A stretch of DNA of 64,000 nt from Actinomycetes bacterium (GTDB lineage: Bacteria > Actinomycetota > Thermoleophilia > BMS3ABIN01): positions 80,245 to 144,244 of the forward strand of contig JAJYXB010000022.1 of NCBI GenBank assembly GCA_021791195.1. Reading direction: 5' to 3'. Position numbers and translations under genes: made by a program. Below are positions 60,327-64,000 of the stretch, piece by piece. The notes beneath the pieces were generated by a model, which was not told the origin of the DNA, ran no database searches, and saw only the letters and a list, made by a program, of their open reading frames with translations. Position 1 is the stretch's first letter, and every line of letters begins with the position of its first letter.

Positions 60327-61361
60327 GTGAGGAAACTATCAATTATAATCATGCTATCAACAATAATCTCCCTGCTGCTGGCCGGTACGGCCAGGGCGGA
60401 CATCTACGGCGTGGATATCTCCAAGTATCAAGGGACGATCGATTGGGATACGCTCAGGAACCAGACCAGCTTTGTCATGATCAAGGCGGGGGGAAGCGAT
60501 GACGGCATGTACACCGATCCGCAGTTTGCCTCCAACCAGGCCCAGGCGCGCCGGCTCGACATGGTTCGCGGCTATTATTACTATACCGGCGGCACCGATC
60601 CGGTAAAGGAGGCCGAGCATTTTGTCAGCATCGTCGGCCCGCTGCAGCCGGGAGAGGTGCTCGCTCTGGATCTGGAGATCGATCTCCCCGATCCGGTCGC
60701 TTTCGCCCGGGCTTTCATGGTCCGGACCGAGCAGCTGACCGGCGTCAAGCCGCTGCTTTATTCGAACATGAACCGGATCTGGCAGCACGACTGGACGCCG
60801 CTGGTCGCCAACGGCAACAAACTGTGGGGCGCGTACTATGACAGCGACGCCTATAATATGCCCTCACCCGGGAGCTTCCCCGGCGTGACGATCAAGCAGT
60901 ACAGCAGTTCGGCCAGCGTTCCCGGTATTAGCGGGCCGGTCGACGTCAACGTGTTCAAGAGCAATTCGTATGATTTCCCGGCGATGGGCAAACCGGCGCC
61001 ACCAGCGCCATCGCCGCCACCAGCGCCGAAGCCGACGCCTCCGCAGGCTCCGGCGGCTAACCGGTCGCAGCCGGACAGCGCCGGCGGAGCGCCGGCCGCA
61101 CAGCCGGCTTCTCCGGCCCAGGCCGGCCAGGCAGCTAACGGAGGTAGCCCGGCGCCGCCCAAGCAGGCTGAACAGCCGCCGGCCAAACCGGCCGTGTCCA
61201 CCACGGCAGCAGGCGCCACCGTGACCGAGCGGGCGTTTGACTGGCTGGTGAGTCCGCTGGTCGGTTCGCGTAACGACCCGACGACGTCCATCAGGCACGG
61301 GCAGGATTCACAGTCGCCGGTAAATGCGGTCGAACACGCATTCTACTCGCTGCTGGGGTAG
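60327..61361 (+). CDS. secreted GH25 muramidase with Pro/Ala-rich tail
   Basis: Signal peptide; GVDISKYQG, LDLE, QYSS, VDVN; AAGGAG SD. Confidence 0.9.
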   Translation: MRKLSIIIMLSTIISLLLAGTARADIYGVDISKYQGTIDWDTLRNQTSFVMIKAGGSDDGMYTDPQFASNQAQARRLDMVRGYYYYTGGTDPVKEAEHFVSIVGPLQPGEVLALDLEIDLPDPVAFARAFMVRTEQLTGVKPLLYSNMNRIWQHDWTPLVANGNKLWGAYYDSDAYNMPSPGSFPGVTIKQYSSSASVPGISGPVDVNVFKSNSYDFPAMGKPAPPAPSPPPAPKPTPPQAPAANRSQPDSAGGAPAAQPASPAQAGQAANGGSPAPPKQAEQPPAKPAVSTTAAGATVTERAFDWLVSPLVGSRNDPTTSIRHGQDSQSPVNAVEHAFYSLLG

Positions 61362-61400
61362 CCGGCCGCCGCAGCAGAACGAACAAAAGAACGAACAAAT

Positions 61401-61426
61401 AAGCGCCCCTGGCGAGGGGGCGCTTT
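61401..61426 (+). terminator. probable terminator after the GH25 gene
   Basis: aagcgcccct/ggggcgctt hairpin. Confidence 0.6.
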
Positions 61427-61552
61427 CGTCTTTCGGAGCCTGTGCGGCTTATAGCCTGCGAACCGCTCGACACAGTGACGGCGCCTGACCAGCCCGGCGT
61501 TTATCCGTGGGCGCTCTCCACTTGGCGCGGAGGACTCCGCGACAGCCGGGTT

Positions 61553-61579
61553 AAAAAAACCGCGCCCCGAGGGGCGCGG
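61553..61579 (-). terminator. minus-strand intrinsic terminator
   Basis: ccgcgccc/gggcgcgg hairpin with a T-run on the minus strand. Confidence 0.65.
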
Positions 61580-61655
61580 CGATAATGGTTATGGCAGGTG
61601 GTTGGCGCTGAGCACGGCGTCGCGGCCTGCAGTAAATCAGGTCAGCAGACTGAGA

Positions 61656-61859
61656 TCAGTCATTTCCGTGTCCGCGGCCATGATCATGTCCGTACTCATG
61701 GCTCGCCGGTTTGTCCTGCTGGCTGACGCGGCTGTCCGACGATTTTTGCGTCGATGTGTCCGAAGACGACGAACCCCAGTAGTGCGGCACGGCGGCGAAG
61801 GCTATGGAACCGAACAGGGCCACGATCACGATGGCCAGTGCGACGGATTTCTTCTTCAT
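61656..61859 (-). CDS. small secreted Ser/His-rich protein (67 aa)
   Basis: GGAGG SD; MKKK + hydrophobic + AFA signal peptide; own terminator. Confidence 0.7.
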   Translation of the reverse strand: MKKKSVALAIVIVALFGSIAFAAVPHYWGSSSSDTSTQKSSDSRVSQQDKPASHEYGHDHGRGHGND

Positions 61860-62035
61860 TCTCTCCCTCCTTCTGAAAGTTTCATGGTTGGCACCTCTAT
61901 ATTCGGATTTTCCGTCGAAAAACCTGAGCGGCGCCAGCGCGCAGTTGTGTGGCCGACGCGGGCGTGAAAGGCTAGGATGGGATGGATCGGGAACCAGTTG
62001 AAGCCGGTTTCCGGAAAAAGGACAGGGGCTGGACC

Positions 62036-62893
62036 ATGGAAGCAATAGCAGAAGCACTGATCAGCGAAGCGGCTGCGAAGCTGAAGACGGTCAGCGAGCG
62101 CTTCGGGCTTGAAGGCGAGGAGCAGAACGAGGCCCGGGAGCTGCTGGCGGAGGCGCTTGGGCGCGAACTTCTGCCGGGTGAAGCTGTGACTGCTGCCGTG
62201 CGCCGCCGCTTCCAGCGTCTGATTGGCCGCCGGATGACCGGGGAGCCGCTTGAGTTCATCACTGGCCGGGTCCGTTTCGCCGGCCGGGAGCTGAAAATCA
62301 GGCCGGGGATGTTCATACCGCGGGTGACCAGCGAGTTTCTTGCCAGCCAGGCGGTGCGGCGGCTGCGGGGCCGGCGCCTTCCCGCGCACGTCGACGTTGC
62401 CACGGGCATCGGACCGGTGGCGCTGACGGTGGCCCTCGGCGTGCCGCATGCCCGCGTATGGGGACTTGATATTTCGCAAAAAGCTGTTAATCAGGCGGCG
62501 GCGAATGCGCGGCGGCTGGGGGCGGAAAACGCCAGCTTCCGGCGTAGCGACCTGTTCGCGCGTCTGCCGGACAAGTTATGGGGACAGGTGGATGTGGTCA
62601 CCATCCATCCGCCTTACGTGCCGAGCGCGATGGTGGCCGACCTGCCGGCGGAGATCAGAAAATTCGAGCCCAGGCACACGCTCACCGATGGCTCCAGGGA
62701 CGGCTTCGGGCTGGTGCGGCGCGTCATCGACGAAGGACGTGGCTGGATCAGGCCGGGAGGATGGCTGCTGATAGAGATCATGCCCAGCGAATCGCGGCGG
62801 ATCCGTTCGCTGCTTAAGGCCGGCGGTTATGGCGATGTCCGCAGCACGCATGGCGAGTACCGCGAAACGCGGGTGGTCACCGGCCGCCGTTAG
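62036..62893 (+). CDS. HemK/PrmC-like SAM-dependent methyltransferase
   Basis: RRMTGEPLEFITG, FIPR, DVATGIG, HPPY, EP..L. Confidence 0.82.
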   Translation: MEAIAEALISEAAAKLKTVSERFGLEGEEQNEARELLAEALGRELLPGEAVTAAVRRRFQRLIGRRMTGEPLEFITGRVRFAGRELKIRPGMFIPRVTSEFLASQAVRRLRGRRLPAHVDVATGIGPVALTVALGVPHARVWGLDISQKAVNQAAANARRLGAENASFRRSDLFARLPDKLWGQVDVVTIHPPYVPSAMVADLPAEIRKFEPRHTLTDGSRDGFGLVRRVIDEGRGWIRPGGWLLIEIMPSESRRIRSLLKAGGYGDVRSTHGEYRETRVVTGRR

Positions 62894-63384
62894 CTGGCTC
62901 CCGCGGCGCCTGGCAGCGCGCTGCATATTATAATCATTACGAGTGTTTTCCATACCTGGCCTTAAACTCCTGACCGGCAAGGACATGAAGAAGATTTTCG
63001 CCAGTCATAAACAAAACGGCTGGAATGTCAATCCTAATCTTTCCAAGCTTGACGTGGATATCAGCCGCGAAGTCAGCGCCGAGGTCATCGGCATCCGGCG
63101 CGAAGCGGCTGCCAGTGTGTTGACAGCAGGGTGGGGAGGAGATCGAAATGATCCTGTTTTCGTCGCTGTTCTTTCTCACCTGGAGCCGGCAGCTGCCGCT
63201 GATGATCGTTGATACCACCAACCTGTTTATGGTCCTGGCGGCCTACTTTCTGAGCGGGAGGCGCGTATTCATCCTCTTCGGTCGGCTTCTTTGTCAAGTC
63301 CATAGGCCGTTGATGCCAGCGCGGCGAGCGGAACAGGCGCCGGCGCCGCGAAGGGCGGCCGCGCTCAGGGCTGCGGATGCCTGG

Positions 63385-63999
63385 CTAAGTCTGAGTCACG
63401 ACCTGGCGGGCAAATCCCCGCCGCAGCAGCTCCAGACCCTTTTCCACGTATATGCAGTAGAGCAGGAAGGCCGGCAGCAATATCAGGGCGATGCCGGCGC
63501 TGAGAAAACTGCCGTCATGGACGATCCCCGCTTGCCCCAGCGCGACGAAAAAAGCGATGTGTAGCAGATAAACCGGCAAAGAGTGATCGCCGACCGTGCT
63601 CACCAGCCGCGGAAATGGCAGGCGCGGGCGTGTTCCCAGGGCAAACAGGCAAACAAGCATCAGGCTAAATAGCAGGAGAGGGCTCAGCAGGCTTCTAACC
63701 TCGAAATGACCGAAGCGCATCGTCAGCGTGATCGCGGTCAGGCCAGCCACGGCCAGCACCAGCGCCGGCCTGCTGTTGAAGCGGTCCCGCTGTTCGGCGA
63801 GCAGCGACGGGATCAGCATTCCCAGGGCAAAGAGGAAGATGTTGCCGCAGAAAAGCCCCGCGGCCAGATTCGGCTGGATGACAAACGCATTGAGGAGCCT
63901 CGCGGCCCCAGCTTGCGGAGCCACCGCGAAAAAAATGAAAGTTGTGACGGAGGACATCATGATCAGCGCCAGGTTGATCCAGAGGAAAAGCCTGATGCC
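63385..63999 (-). CDS. acyltransferase-3-like multi-TM protein (5' end outside window)
   Basis: Open to the window edge; VGDHSLPVYLLH and YVEK patterns typical of the family C-terminus. Confidence 0.65.
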   Translation of the reverse strand, partial: GIRLFLWINLALIMMSSVTTFIFFAVAPQAGAARLLNAFVIQPNLAAGLFCGNIFLFALGMLIPSLLAEQRDRFNSRPALVLAVAGLTAITLTMRFGHFEVRSLLSPLLLFSLMLVCLFALGTRPRLPFPRLVSTVGDHSLPVYLLHIAFFVALGQAGIVHDGSFLSAGIALILLPAFLLYCIYVEKGLELLRRGFARQVVTQT

Positions 64000-64000
64000 A

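Overview
High-GC bacterial chromosomal window. Gene content suggests a deep-branching Actinomycetota, possibly Thermoleophilia-like (inference only). It is mostly housekeeping: 5'-truncated dnaE, a MoxR/DUF58/transglutaminase operon, tldD-pmbA, HU, rpe, an FMN riboswitch with ribD-ribE-ribBA-ribH, rpmB, recG-rsmD-coaD-yceD-rpmF, pfk, a DHH/CBS tRNA nucleotidyltransferase, corA-trpFBA, yajQ, msrB, a compositionally atypical gnd-zwf-Cof-pgl/TauE block, MacAB-like and ABC-2 transporters, a GH25 muramidase and a HemK-like methyltransferase. Signals missed by the ORF track: (1) a hidden 109-aa selenoprotein (34584-34913, minus; strong SD, C-S-G-G-UGA, SECIS-like hairpin) downstream of a Cys-rich PP-loop thiouridylase-like gene and a DUF523/TudS-like gene; (2) an unannotated ~250-nt multibranched ncRNA candidate (about 24556-24805, minus) with its own sigma70-type promoter and terminator, divergent from a 61-aa zinc-finger gene; (3) a family of GGGGACGTT-ended inverted-repeat elements (MITE/REPIN-like); (4) long structured leaders and 11-bp-periodic TGTAA boxes upstream of cell-envelope genes. 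All calls come from reading the sequence by eye; no searches or folding programs were run.
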